From assembly GCA_964016885.1 (NCBI GenBank), contig OZ024743.1:294748001-294812000 (forward strand): a DNA stretch of 64,000 bases, given 5' to 3'. The notes under the pieces were generated by a model. That model ran no database searches. It saw only the letters and a list, made by a program, of their open reading frames with translations, and was not told where the DNA came from. This document shows, one piece after another, positions 28,001 through 41,803 of this stretch (positions are counted from its first letter, which is position 1; each line of letters starts with the position of its first letter). Both the position numbers and the translations under genes were made by a program. The stretch is from Eledone cirrhosa (lineage: Eukaryota).

Positions 28001-28355
28001 GCCCTGCTCCTGTCGGGGCATAGACGGCCACTAGCCTGAAAGCCTGCCCGTCTCCGCTGGTCACGTCCAGCACCACCAACTTACCCTCTGGGTCCAGGAA
28101 GATGGCCCGTATGGCGAGATCCAAACCTCTCCGAAAGAGCACAGCAACTCCTCCCCCCGATCACGGACGGCTGGGAGATGCGTATACATCGTAGCCGCCG
28201 AAGATCGGTGCGAAGGCCCGTGCTTCGGAGATTCTGGGCTCGCTGATGACCACTACATCTATGTTTAGTGATCTGAGGTCGTTGTGCAGGTGGCCCTGCT
28301 TCCATGACGACCCCAAGCCACACGCATTTATGCTGCCTATTCTGAGTGAGGTCAT
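25070..28355 (-). pseudogene. Tx1 ORF2 (APE-RT-CCHC), frameshifted
   Basis: MTSLRIGSINACG, AVYAP, GDWN, SYLDRV, YTDHK, WKLN, LDQSKAFDRV, QGCPLS, SAYADDVT, CPRC..ETVLHALVQC. Confidence 0.92.
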
Positions 28356-28389
28356 GTTGAAACGGAGTGGAAAAAAAGGGAAAGACCAC

Positions 28390-30350
28390 TTACATACTTC
28401 TCGTAGAGGAAGGATGGTTTGTCCATCCGTTTCACTGCTTCTGGCCTCCTCCGGAAGGATGTCCTTATAAATCCTCCTGGAGAGTGCTTGTTGGAAGTCT
28501 CCGATGTCTTTGGGGAATTTTTATTTTTGCGTCGTGTACGTTTTCTGTGTGATGCGAGTGAGTTGTATGTGTGGAGGTGGTGTGAACTTTTGGGTTGTTG
28601 TGTAGTCTTTTTCTGTGATGCTGGTGTTGTGTTGGATGTAGTGTAATAATTGGTTGTTGTTCAAATTTATTGCTGTGTAGTGTGTATCGTGTTGGCTGTT
28701 TTGTTTTGTTTGCGATTGTTGTGGGTTTGTTTCTGTTTCGCTTTTTGGTGACTTTTGTGGTGTTGGGGTTAATGAGGGTGATGGTGTTGGTGTTTGTGGT
28801 GATGGGGTTGGTGATGCTTATGTGGATGGTGGCTTAGCTGTCCTAACTTTTTTGTTTGATAGTTTATTTGTTTCCCGCTGTATTTAGTTTTTGGAGGGGG
28901 GAAGGAAGAGGATTTTTTTTCTTTTTTGTTTCTTTTTCTTATTTTCTTTTTTCCTGATACCGTTTCCCACTCCTCGTCGTCACAATATGTCTCCAGTTGC
29001 GATAGGTCGGGGAGTGGAAAGTCATCCGCAGGCGTTGGTTTTGGTTGTGGCGTGGTGGATGGTGCAGGGGCTGGTTCTAGTTCTGGCGCGTTGGGTGGTG
29101 GTGGTGGTATTGGTTTTGCTACTGTTGCTGGGGTTGTTGCTGTTACATTTGCTTCTGTTGTTGCTGCTACAGTTGTTGCTGCCATTTATGCTGCTGCTGG
29201 TGTTGATGGTTGAGTCACTGGGGTGGGTAAGAGAGGTGGCCTGAACCTTTTAGTCTGAGGGCAGAAAACCCTTAGGTGGGTTCCTTCACCACAAACGACA
29301 CACCTAGGCCTTCTGCCCTCGACAATTACGGTGAGGTTACTGACGTCAGTGAGGTCTATTATCTTTGGGATCTCCTCAATGGTTTTTTGGTCCGCTTGGA
29401 TTAGAAGCTCCATCCCAGATTGGGACCAGTACTCCTGCTTTTCTTTCGCTATTTCGATTATCTTGATGTTGGCCTCTATGCCGGCGAGGACGGTAGCCAT
29501 TAACCAGAGAATTTCGATGCCCGGTGGAATGTGGGTCACCCTGAACTTCACGAGTCTCTGGCCACAATAGCTTTGGACGAGTGTGAAGTAGTCAATTCTT
29601 AATGTGGCCATGAAGTGTTCTCTGGCCTCCTGTGGTGTTCCAAAGAACACGTCCTCGGTTCCATTTTTCTGCCCACGTCTGATGTGGGGTTTTTTGCCCA
29701 CACATGTCCCAAAGCTTTTTGGATTTGGGACTCGGATGCCCGTTCCACTCGGCGCGATTTTATGTTAATCGTCCGATAAGACACGGTGCATAGGCGCCGA
29801 TGCTCCATTTTATTAGGTGTGTGTGTGTGGCGGGGGCGCCCCCTGTCCCCATCTTTCTTTACCATTATTTACCATTCTTTACCATTCTTTTGGCTTTTTC
29901 TGATTCCTGCTGAGTTACCTGGATTGCTTCGCACTTTTTTGCTACTCTGGCAAAAGACATGGTGGTTTTCTTATTCTCATTCTTGTTGTTGCTGTTGTTA
30001 TTATCGTTATTTTTGTTATTGTTAATTTTAGTTTCAGTTGTGGTCGTGGCGTCAGTGGTGTTCGGTGTGGAAGAGTTCATTTTGGGTGAATCCATTTCGA
30101 TGTCACGAGATAATTTATTCATTTCTTTTGTTTCTGTTGTCGCTGTAGTGGTGGTGGGGGTGGCGGCTTCAACACCTGCAGTCATTGGTAATGGCGGGAA
30201 ATGAATGTCTGCATGTGTCAAATTTAAAATATTGCTACTGCTTATATTTTTAGTGTTGGCAAACGTAGTAATATTTACAATGGTGGTGTCTGTGTGAGGT
30301 GTTAGTTTGTGAGGAAGGTGTGACTCTGAGTCGTCCATGATTTTTTTCAA
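28390..30350 (-). pseudogene. Tx1 ORF1 remnant with CCHC zinc knuckle
   Basis: ORF 29186-29701 contains CVVCGEGTHLRVFC (CX2CX4HX4C). Confidence 0.75.
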
Positions 30351-30554
30351 AGAAAAATGTTTGTTTGATAATTATAAATGTTTAAATTTTGGGCTCAAGC
30401 CCCCAATCTTTTTGAGTTTCCTTTTCAGAAAACAATGTATGTGCACTTATATACAGTTAACAATGGAAATTTTCCATAAATGGCAATTTTAAATAACTGA
30501 AAATAACAAACCTTCGCGGAGCTCACGATAATACGATTTACTACGTAGGTAACC

Positions 30555-30727
30555 AATAATAATAATACTAATAATATAATAATAATAATTATAATTATAA
30601 TAATAATAATAATTGTTTCTACTTTAGGCACAAGACCAGCAAATTACCCAGTGCATTACTGGTACTTTATTTTATCGACCCCGTAAGGATGAAAGGCAAA
30701 GTCAACCTCAGCGGGATTTGAACTCAG

Positions 30728-30728
<1 letters not shown>
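30555..30728 (-). mobile_element. 5'-truncated tRNA-derived SINE (octopus OK-like) with (ATT)n tail
   Basis: Minus strand has B box GAGTTCAAATCC, core GCCTTTCATCCTTACGGGGTCGATAAAATAAAGTACC and an (ATT)n tail. Confidence 0.85.
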
Positions 30729-30758
<30 letters not shown>

Positions 30759-30768
30759 TATACATATA

Positions 30769-30853
<85 letters not shown>

Positions 30854-30885
30854 TACATATATATGTATATATGTATATATATATA

Positions 30886-30936
<51 letters not shown>

Positions 30937-30952
30937 TATATATATATATATT

Positions 30953-31005
30953 AGAATTAGCCGTCGAAACGGCTTGAGCTCAGCTGTCGGGGTCTTACTG
31001 GTTCC

Positions 31006-31008
<3 letters not shown>
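30953..31008 (+). mobile_element. 56-bp HHR 3'-half fragment embedded in (TA)n
   Basis: AGAATTAGCCGTC GAAAC GGCT TGAGCTC AGCT GTC GGGGTC...CCTAT; same family as 563-679. Confidence 0.78.
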
Positions 31009-31046
<38 letters not shown>

Positions 31047-31102
31047 ATATATACATATATACATATATATATATATATATTATATATACATATATATATA
31101 TA

Positions 31103-32697
31103 TCTATGTATATAAAACAGAAGATGTCTGTTTGTGTAACCGCATGCGTTTCTACGTTTTACAACCGATTTGCACCAAATTTCATACATAGGTTTCTGAA
31201 GTCCTATTATGCGTCGTAGGCTATTTTACTTTTCCGTACATTGAATGTGGGGACCCCCATGGGCAGATAACACCCTTAAGCCTCTCGCTTGGAGTCACCA
31301 GCACTACTGCATAAAGGCCCCATAATTGCTGCAGTTTGCCTCCCATCTTCACCAAAATTAATCATTCGTTTGCTTATGGCCTACAAATAAATCTGCAGGC
31401 ATGCACTTGCGCAGAAATTCAGGTACAGAACCCCTTGGGGGGCAGTAAACCGACTTGATGAATGTTGAAGTTGATATCTTCATTGCAACAAAACTGCTTG
31501 AGTTGGTGTTTGGGTTTCACAAAGCGAGACGTATTGGTTACCCATTGCCTAAAGATGATGTTGAAGACATTGTCTATACCCGGAACAAGCAAGGGGACGC
31601 CCAGGGTGCTGTAAGCCCCGGTGGGTCATTTATTGAATTTGGCTATTGTAATGCAGCTAGCGTCATAGCTTCAATAATTGGTAGTCCAATTAAACGAATT
31701 TCGACTTAGTTGTTATTCATGTACTACAGATAAAGTTACAGTGAGGCACATACTTTCATTTCAATTCAGCAAGAGAAACCCCTCGGGCACAATGAGCCCA
31801 ATCTATTAACCTATAAAATTTCAAATTGCCACAATAAAAAAGCGCCATAACCTCGGGAGTTTATACTTGATTCTTACAAAAACTAAACGAAATGGTTATT
31901 GCCTGCCATAAGATAAAGCACCACACATACGTTATCACTTGAATTTTGCTAGGGAACACCCTAGTTATTGTTCTCCCTGGTTAATTTTCTAAAAACAATG
32001 CCCCCAAGAAAAGAACTTTCATTGGTTGATTATCTAATGATGCAAGTAGGTCTAAGCGAAGGCGTCTCACCGAAGATGTAAATGCGACTGCGATCAGGGT
32101 CTCACAGAATGCTGTGCAGACGGCAGCTGCAAGAGCAGAGGAGGATGAGAGTCGGCGTGAACTTCGACGGAACAAAGATGCTTCCGCGACGGATGAAGGA
32201 CGACGCACCGTTCGACGGAGCAGGGACGCCGCTGCCACTGCTGCTGCACGAAATACTGAAGCCATAGAGCAACGACGTGGCCAACTTCTGCAAAGTGAAC
32301 AGCGGCGATCATCCTTACGTGGCATTTCTAGGACTTGCAATTCACGATGGTTGTTGAACACCTTTAACTACGACCCCTTCTCCGACTTACTGTGCTTGCT
32401 TGGAAACCTGCACGTCTACAAGTCCCTTGACTCTATGGCTGATCCGGACGAAGTTGTTAATTACTCCACAGAATTTCTTAACTCCCTAGACCCTCCCGGA
32501 TTGCCACCACACTTACTGCGACTTAAGAAAGTTTCCCCTGTCATGCTCCTCAGGAATTTCGAACCCCGAATGCTTTCCAACGGCACGCGCCTGGTCGTCC
32601 AAAAGGCGGTTTCCTCGTGTTAAGGAGGCAACAATACTTACAAGACGTGGTAACGGGGATACTGTCTTCATAACAAGCATACCTCTCATTCCATCCA
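31103..32697 (+). mobile_element. Internally deleted Helitron
   Basis: 5' A|TCTATGTATATAAAA terminus. ORF 32114-32623 joins an R/E/A-rich repeat region to Pif1 helicase motifs EFLNSLDPPGLPPH.L.LK...VMLLRN...NGTRL; after a frameshift EATILT...VFITSIPLIPS. 3' CTRR end not found. Confidence 0.82.
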
Positions 32698-32799
32698 GTA
32701 ATAATAATATTCGATTCGTTTGCAATTATGCAAACAGCCTCTTTAAGCCATGTTAGTAGAATGACTCCTCGTTCTTGCTCTTGAGTTGGCATACAAACA
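32698..32799 (-). mobile_element. pLTR 3' fragment of the 51566-51987 family
   Basis: ATTCGATTCGTTTGCAATTATGCAAAC...TCTTGCTCTTG.GTTGG matches 51582-51670. Confidence 0.8.
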
Positions 32800-34284
32800 T
32801 ATATATATATGTATATATATGTAACAATTATAGTGAGTAAAATAGAAGGTGCAGCTACGGCTAGCATCTCTCGAAAGAACAATCCTCAGAAGCTTGCACG
32901 AGCAGTTAATAAGATGATATCGATAAATCGATAAGTTAATTTTCAGAAGAATAAACATACGTTAAGGGTGTGACAAATTGAAAACTACGGCTAGGTAAAG
33001 ATTGCCACAAAAGACACTACAACAAGGAAAATACAACCTGGACCTCATCGATAGATTTACATAATATTTTCGATTGGTTTCTGGGAATTCTACATCAACA
33101 ATTGAAACTGCGCAATATGCAAGTCAGTACTGTAGCCTAAGTTCGAACGCGGATTCACTTTTTCAACACTCGTTTCGTTCTGTGTACCAACAGCCCAGTG
33201 TGATGGCACCAGTGCTAATCACTATAGTATCAGGTATATCAGAAGAGTCAAGTGTTCTTTCTCAAGGAAGGAGGAAGAACCACATCCGGGTATTTGGCGG
33301 GTAAATTCAAAGTGTGAACAAAGGAATCATTCGAAGCTCCTCAATTCAAGCTCTTGACTAGGTTATTAAAGAAACACAAATAATTAATCAATTAATCATT
33401 AATTAATTAATTATAAAGTCTATAAGAAAATAATAACAATGCTAGGGAGTAAAATCGAAATTGCAGATACGAAAGAACAATTATCACAAGCTTGCATGAG
33501 CACTCACTAAGCTGATCACCAGAAATCGATAAGGTAAATCTCAGAGTAATATATATAATTAGCTATTCATACAAAAAACAGGAAAATAATTACATAAATA
33601 AATAATACTAAATGTAGTCTTTGATAATTGATAGAATAACCGAAGCGGTGTCCAAGGATATAATATATTTAAGCAAATACGTACGTAAGTATAACAAACT
33701 TAAGACCATAAACGATTCAAAGAAAAATATTTGCAATACGACTTGAAAAAAAAAAAAAGTTTGGAAAATTGAACTGTCTCGGTGGTTGTGTGGTACATCT
33801 GTCGGTTATATAACTGTAAACGTCAAACGGTACACAGTAGAAAGAGCTCAAACCCCACATAAGGGGACCTTAGAACGTAGATGAGTCGGTCGTTCGCCTT
33901 GGATCATTAGTCACTCGCTTAACGAAGCACCACTTCACTCACCTCTTGTGTGAAACTTGAATATTAGAATTTACGAGGCGTTGATGAAACAAATGTATAA
34001 GGCGATGTAGTATGCTCAAGCGTAAAAAATAACTGCAACCAAGTAGGTTATTCTGCAAGGAAGACCTGCCGACGAAGGGATATTCCTTTTCTTGGTGCCA
34101 TGCTTTATTAATGTCTTGCGTTTACTCTGGGTGGAAACGTATTAACATTCCACACCATTGACTGCTTTCTGACTGGTGTCTGCTATGTTACGACTACAAC
34201 TTCGATGTATATCCATCCTATATATATATATACATATATTTGTAGAGAGAGGGATAGAGAAAGAGAGAGTATATATATATATAT

Positions 34285-34692
34285 ATATTGTTATACTTGG
34301 GGAGGGTCATATTGTTATAATATTGCCAGAAATAATAACAGAACACACTCACTGTTTGGTTGGTTTTCGCTTCTGTATATTTTATATCACCATAGTTAAT
34401 TTATTTGGCAATCAATGTTTATTAATAGATTGACCAAAGGTTAAAAAAACAGATATAAATATATATATATAGTCTATGAAAGTTCTTTCGCCACTCATCT
34501 GCGACAACATCAGTGGTACTATTAAGTTTCCTCCCATTTTATTGAAAAGTTTAACCCATTTTTATTTAATTAAATTATTTAAAAAAATTTAATTTATTTT
34601 CAAAAATTAAACAAAAATAGCGTAAACTTTACAATGGGCGGAAACATAATAGTACCAATGATGATGTCGAAGATGTGTGACGAAAGAACTTT
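34285..34692. mobile_element. Older pLTR with fold-back (34479-34692) carrying two degenerate HHRs
   Basis: Terminus TATTGTTATACTT.GGGAGGGTCAT is shared with 41141-41165. Arm consensus CTGATGA-T-GTCGC..GTGAC-GAAAGAACTT resembles the HHR at 45357. Confidence 0.7.
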
Positions 34693-35205
34693 GTTATGAA
34701 TAAATGCATTTTCTTTCCAGGGCCTATTTTGAAAATATGAACCTCATATGGTCATTCCATGAGAGTACCCTGATCATCCACTGAATTTTCAGCCTACGAA
34801 CGTCTCAGCTGATCATCGTGTATTATAGGAATATATTGTGCTGACCACTTTCCCATGGAAGAAACGTTATCAATAGGGAATATTTCTGATTGAGTGAAAC
34901 AGAGAAAAAATAAGAGCAGCCTGAGCAACCATTAATATGTTGTTACATAAAATATTATACACAGTACAGTATAAACATCTCTTCGCTCTTCCTGCATTCA
35001 TGGTATGATTAATGATTTATTTTTTCTTAGTGTTTTCAGGGCGACGTTCTTTCCTTTCTTCCTTGGATATTGAGATATTTGTTTATAATGGGTATATTTT
35101 CGTCGGTTTCCTTATTAATAATTTCGTCCTTTATTAATAAATAAGTTTTCGTAACGCGAATATAGAATAAATAGCTTGGAGAAGAGACAATACATTATAA
35201 GCGGT

Positions 35206-35237
<32 letters not shown>

Positions 35238-35584
35238 TATAGACCAGAACAAAACGTCCGGGGAAGAGACTTAGATGCAAGCAGCAAATATATATTTCTA
35301 TCTATCTGACTGCTTATCTTTCTAGCTATTGAACGCTGCATATTTATGTGTAGCAAATTTTCCATATATGTAATCATATATACATGCATACACATGTTAC
35401 GCAGAGCCACATATTTGGATATATACATTTATATGTGTGTGTGTGTTTGTATGTGTGTATGAATAGGCATATATATATATACATATATATATATATCACA
35501 AACTGACATACACATACATATATAAATAGTAAATAAATAATAAATGTTTACATTTTCTTTATTATATATTTGGTGTTTGATTAT

Positions 35585-35673
<89 letters not shown>

Positions 35674-35892
35674 AAGAAGAAGAAGAAGAAGAGAATCACA
35701 ATAAGGAAACCCAGAAAATTAAAATAATGAAAGCAATATAATATATAATAAATAAACAAATAAATGATTCAATACACTAGGAAAAAAATCATTCATGGGG
35801 AAATAACGGGAAACAAACTAATAGGACAACAAGAGAGGAAAAATTGTAGGAAATAATTATTTTCAAAGACGCTATCAGAATAACAAAAGAAA

Positions 35893-35948
<56 letters not shown>

Positions 35949-36018
35949 TTCTATATATCTATCTATCCGTCTGTCTGTCTCTATATATGCTTCTCTCTCA
36001 GCACCCTCTCGCTCTTCC

Positions 36019-36076
<58 letters not shown>

Positions 36077-36114
36077 ATACATATATATATATATATGTGT
36101 GTGTGTGTGTATGT

Positions 36115-36236
36115 ATATACCCAATAGGGTATCTGAAGACGTCGTGTAAACACTACACCATCGAAACAAGTATCATGGCTAATTACGTACGTAAACTAAT
36201 TTATGAGATTCTAGCTTTCGTATATTTTGTTACGAA

Positions 36237-36240
<4 letters not shown>
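36115..36240 (+). mobile_element. Short HHR-bearing element ending in (TC)n
   Basis: HHR 36128-36179: TAT CTGAAGA c-GTCGTGTA aacac TACACCAT-c GAAA caagta TC ATG. Second copy at 40608-40740. Confidence 0.72.
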
Positions 36241-36307
<67 letters not shown>

Positions 36308-36480
36308 CTATCCATCTATCTATCTCTCTATCTCTCTCTCTCTGTCTCTCGCTCCCTCTCTCTCTCTCACTCTCTTTGTATAGTCAGTTACGAAAGGGAT
36401 ATAATGAGGTACTTAACTTTCGTTGGGTTATACCCCCCAACTCTTTCAGACTCTTATATAAATAAAAATGGGTACCCCCA

Positions 36481-36526
<46 letters not shown>

Positions 36527-36582
36527 TGACGCATATGTGCGTGTGCCTAGGTGTGCGTCTGTTTGTATGTTTGTATGAATAT

Positions 36583-36621
<39 letters not shown>

Positions 36622-37072
36622 CTTGTTGTATGTAGGTAAATATAGGCATATATCTATTTCCAAAAGCCATGTTGAAGGGGGAACTATAAATTGTCTTATG
36701 CAGATATAGATCTGTTGCTCTCTTCGAGGGACTGCTCTTTGCGTGATATCACCATATGTTATTGATTTCTTAATCACGTGGGGTTTCATGGTACTGCGTA
36801 TAATTTTCTACAGTTTATGGTTTTATGTTATATCTTATTTATTTTTCTTTTACATTTCCTTCTATTTTATTTCGTTACAAACAGAAGAAAAAAAATGCAG
36901 ATTTGTTCGGTTTGGTTGTATGCTAATACCAGTGTATATGTCTGCATATTTTACGTTTTAGCGTGCGTATGCGTGTGTCTTTTATGATATCAATAGGCTT
37001 CTGTTACCCCATAAGATGTTCGTGCATGGGTAAATCTATACACATATACGTTTACAAACATATTCATATATA

Positions 37073-37134
<62 letters not shown>

Positions 37135-37154
37135 TAGATAGATATATATATCAA

Positions 37155-37338
37155 TAGAGAAATGGCTTCTACGAGACTAGAACTGTTTCATTCGAAGGAA
37201 ATCATCTCGGCTTTACTGAATGATATCCTTCGAATGAAACAGTTCTAGTGCTGTATAGGACATTTCTATATTGAAAATATATACTCCGCTATGTATTGAG
37301 TACCTTACTTACTGTGATTACCCCCGACTGCACCTGGG

Positions 37339-37395
<57 letters not shown>

Positions 37396-37426
37396 TATAT
37401 ATACATACATACATACATATATATAT

Positions 37427-37472
<46 letters not shown>

Positions 37473-37605
37473 GTTATTCCGGGTTGAATCGGAGGTAACC
37501 ACAGTAAGTAAGGTACTCAATACATAGCAGAGTATAACAGTTTTAATATAGATGAGATTCTACAGGACTAGAACTGTTTCATTCATTAGAAATCATCAGG
37601 AATCT
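37155..37605. mobile_element. PLE 3' termini tail-to-tail around a (CA)n/(TA)n tract, plus fold-back 37158-37267
   Basis: 37262-37340 is approximately the reverse complement of 37475-37555; same family as 8170-8331. Confidence 0.75.
37555..37605 (-). ncRNA. Type I hammerhead ribozyme
   Basis: Minus strand reads AGATTC CTGATGA t-TTC taat GAA-t GAA ACAG ttctagtc CTGT A GAATCT. Confidence 0.8.
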
Positions 37606-38069
37606 GGGTATCAAAAAATAAATATGGTATTTATAGGTCTCTACAAGTGGTAGGAGAGGGTGGGGAGTTGGATGGGTGCAGGTCATTGGTTGATAGAAAA
37701 GGGAATTCATTAAAAGCTAATTCTACAAAGCTATAGTTAATTTTTATTTTTATTTATATTTATTTATGTTTTTAGAGTAACAAAGGCAGACAGAATTCTA
37801 TAAACAGGTTCCGGATGGCATATCATTCCTTGTCAATAAGTTTCTCTTAAGCTAACAGATGTCTATAAAATCAGTGGGGGGTCAGTCAAGCTCGATAGAA
37901 TTAAAGAAGAGGGAGATTCTTTAAAAGCTAAAGTCATTAAGGTTCTACTAAGTGACAAAGGTCTAGGGAATTCTGCAGACAGATTCAAAATACTGAGTGC
38001 ATATCTTTCTATTATCTTCGAACTTCTCTTAAACTAATCAACAATATGCCAAAATCAACAGACACATTC

Positions 38070-40250
<2,181 letters not shown>

Positions 40251-40329
40251 AATAGGTACTCAATAAATATACGCATATACACAGGCACATAAAGACACCT
40301 CTACAGGCAGAAAATGTAGATACGAAAGA

Positions 40330-40532
40330 GGTACTCACATGACCATAGTGGCCGTATTTCAGGTTGAGGAGGGGTGGGGGTAGGGTGGGGAGGAGGTATA
40401 GGGGCCAGTAGGGGGAGGTCGTTTTTAGCCATCGGGCTTTAACACTGGCTTAAAGTGTTTGAATGTTGCAAAGTTCTTGTGCATGCAGTTCGGGCAGTGT
40501 TCAGAGAGTTTGTTCAGTAGCGGGCCCTTGGC

Positions 40533-40535
<3 letters not shown>
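40330..40535 (-). mobile_element. 3' fragment of another Naiad-like PLE
   Basis: Minus strand [22 protein letters not shown] matches the LN.+SE...C.H C-terminus of the other Naiad-like copies. Confidence 0.55.
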
Positions 40536-40585
<50 letters not shown>

Positions 40586-40607
40586 AATATATGTATGTGT
40601 ATGTATG

Positions 40608-40736
40608 TATATACCCAAGAGGCTATCGGAAGACGTCGTGTAAACACTACACCATCAAAATATGTATCAAGGCTAATTACGTACGTAAACTAATTTATGC
40701 TACTCTAGCTTTAGTATATTTAGTTACGAATCTCAA

Positions 40737-40740
<4 letters not shown>
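40608..40740 (+). mobile_element. Second copy of the (TC)n-ending HHR element (core mutated)
   Basis: GCTAT CGGAAGA ... AAAA TATGTA TC AAGGC, followed by (TC)n. Confidence 0.72.
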
Positions 40741-40797
<57 letters not shown>

Positions 40798-40802
40798 GTC
40801 AC

Positions 40803-41085
<283 letters not shown>

Positions 41086-41288
41086 CGTTTCTGAATTTGT
41101 CTAGCAAGATTCTTTATCTGAAATCGTGTGTTGAAACCAATATTGTTATACTTTGGGAGGGTCATGTTGCCAATAAGAAACACACGCACCAGTTGCTTTC
41201 ACTTCAATTTATTATAATAAATTTATAATAAATTTATAAATTTCTGGTTGGTTGGTCGGTTCCACAACCAGATAGTTGTTTATATATT

Positions 41289-41331
41289 GTCATAGTTCTT
41301 TCGTCACACACTCTGTGACCTCTTCAGTGAC
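41289..41331 (-). ncRNA. Minimal hammerhead ribozyme in pLTR
   Basis: Minus strand reads GTCA CTGAAGA G-GTCACA gagtg TGTGAC GAAA GAAC TA TGAC. Confidence 0.85.
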
Positions 41332-41803
41332 TGGGGATTCCTTTCTTTGTTTTTGTGCCTCTCCTTTGTTCTGTCCTACGCCATTTTGTTTCTGTGTGTG
41401 TGTTGTGTGCTCAGTCTGCGCATGCGCCACATCCGGGTGTCTGTGTGTGTTTATGTTCATTTATGTATTTGTTTATTTACATGTTACTGGTTGGTTGTTT
41501 GTTCCATATGTGTGTGTGTGTTTTCATTTTGTCCTTAATTGTAAGTTGTGATGTTGATGTTCCACTCATATTTTCTATTTAATTTTGGTTGTAATTCTTT
41601 TATGTTTATTGCCTCTGTGATTTGTCTAAACATTGCGTCTTTTCTGTGTGTAGATTCTATTTTTATTTCTATGTTCTCTAATTTACCCTTGTGTTCTATT
41701 TTAGCATGTTGGTAGAGTACAGATGATTCTTTACTATCTTGAAGGTCTCGCCAGTGTTCATTTATCCGTTCCCCTACACTACGAGCTGTCTCACCTATGT
41801 AAT

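Larger units (their letters stand above)
25010..30420 (-). mobile_element. Near-full-length decayed Tx1/L1-clade LINE (copy 2, related subfamily)
   Basis: Same ORF1/ORF2 layout as copy 1; boundaries are approximate. Confidence 0.88.

Noticed and set aside
33074-33304. 76-aa non-repetitive ORF
   Set aside because: No recognisable motif, a non-ATG start and a length expected by chance.
33330-33362. CTAG as the Helitron 3' terminus
   Set aside because: No convincing subterminal hairpin, and the following base is G rather than T.
33775-33960. Possible old tRNA-derived SINE head (also ~24145-24300)
   Set aside because: A and B boxes are too degenerate and there is no second copy in the window.
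41723-41803. Apparent start codon and N-terminus of the 754-aa ORF
   Set aside because: Lies in the antisense of the inverted 3' copy, so it is not the native PLE start.
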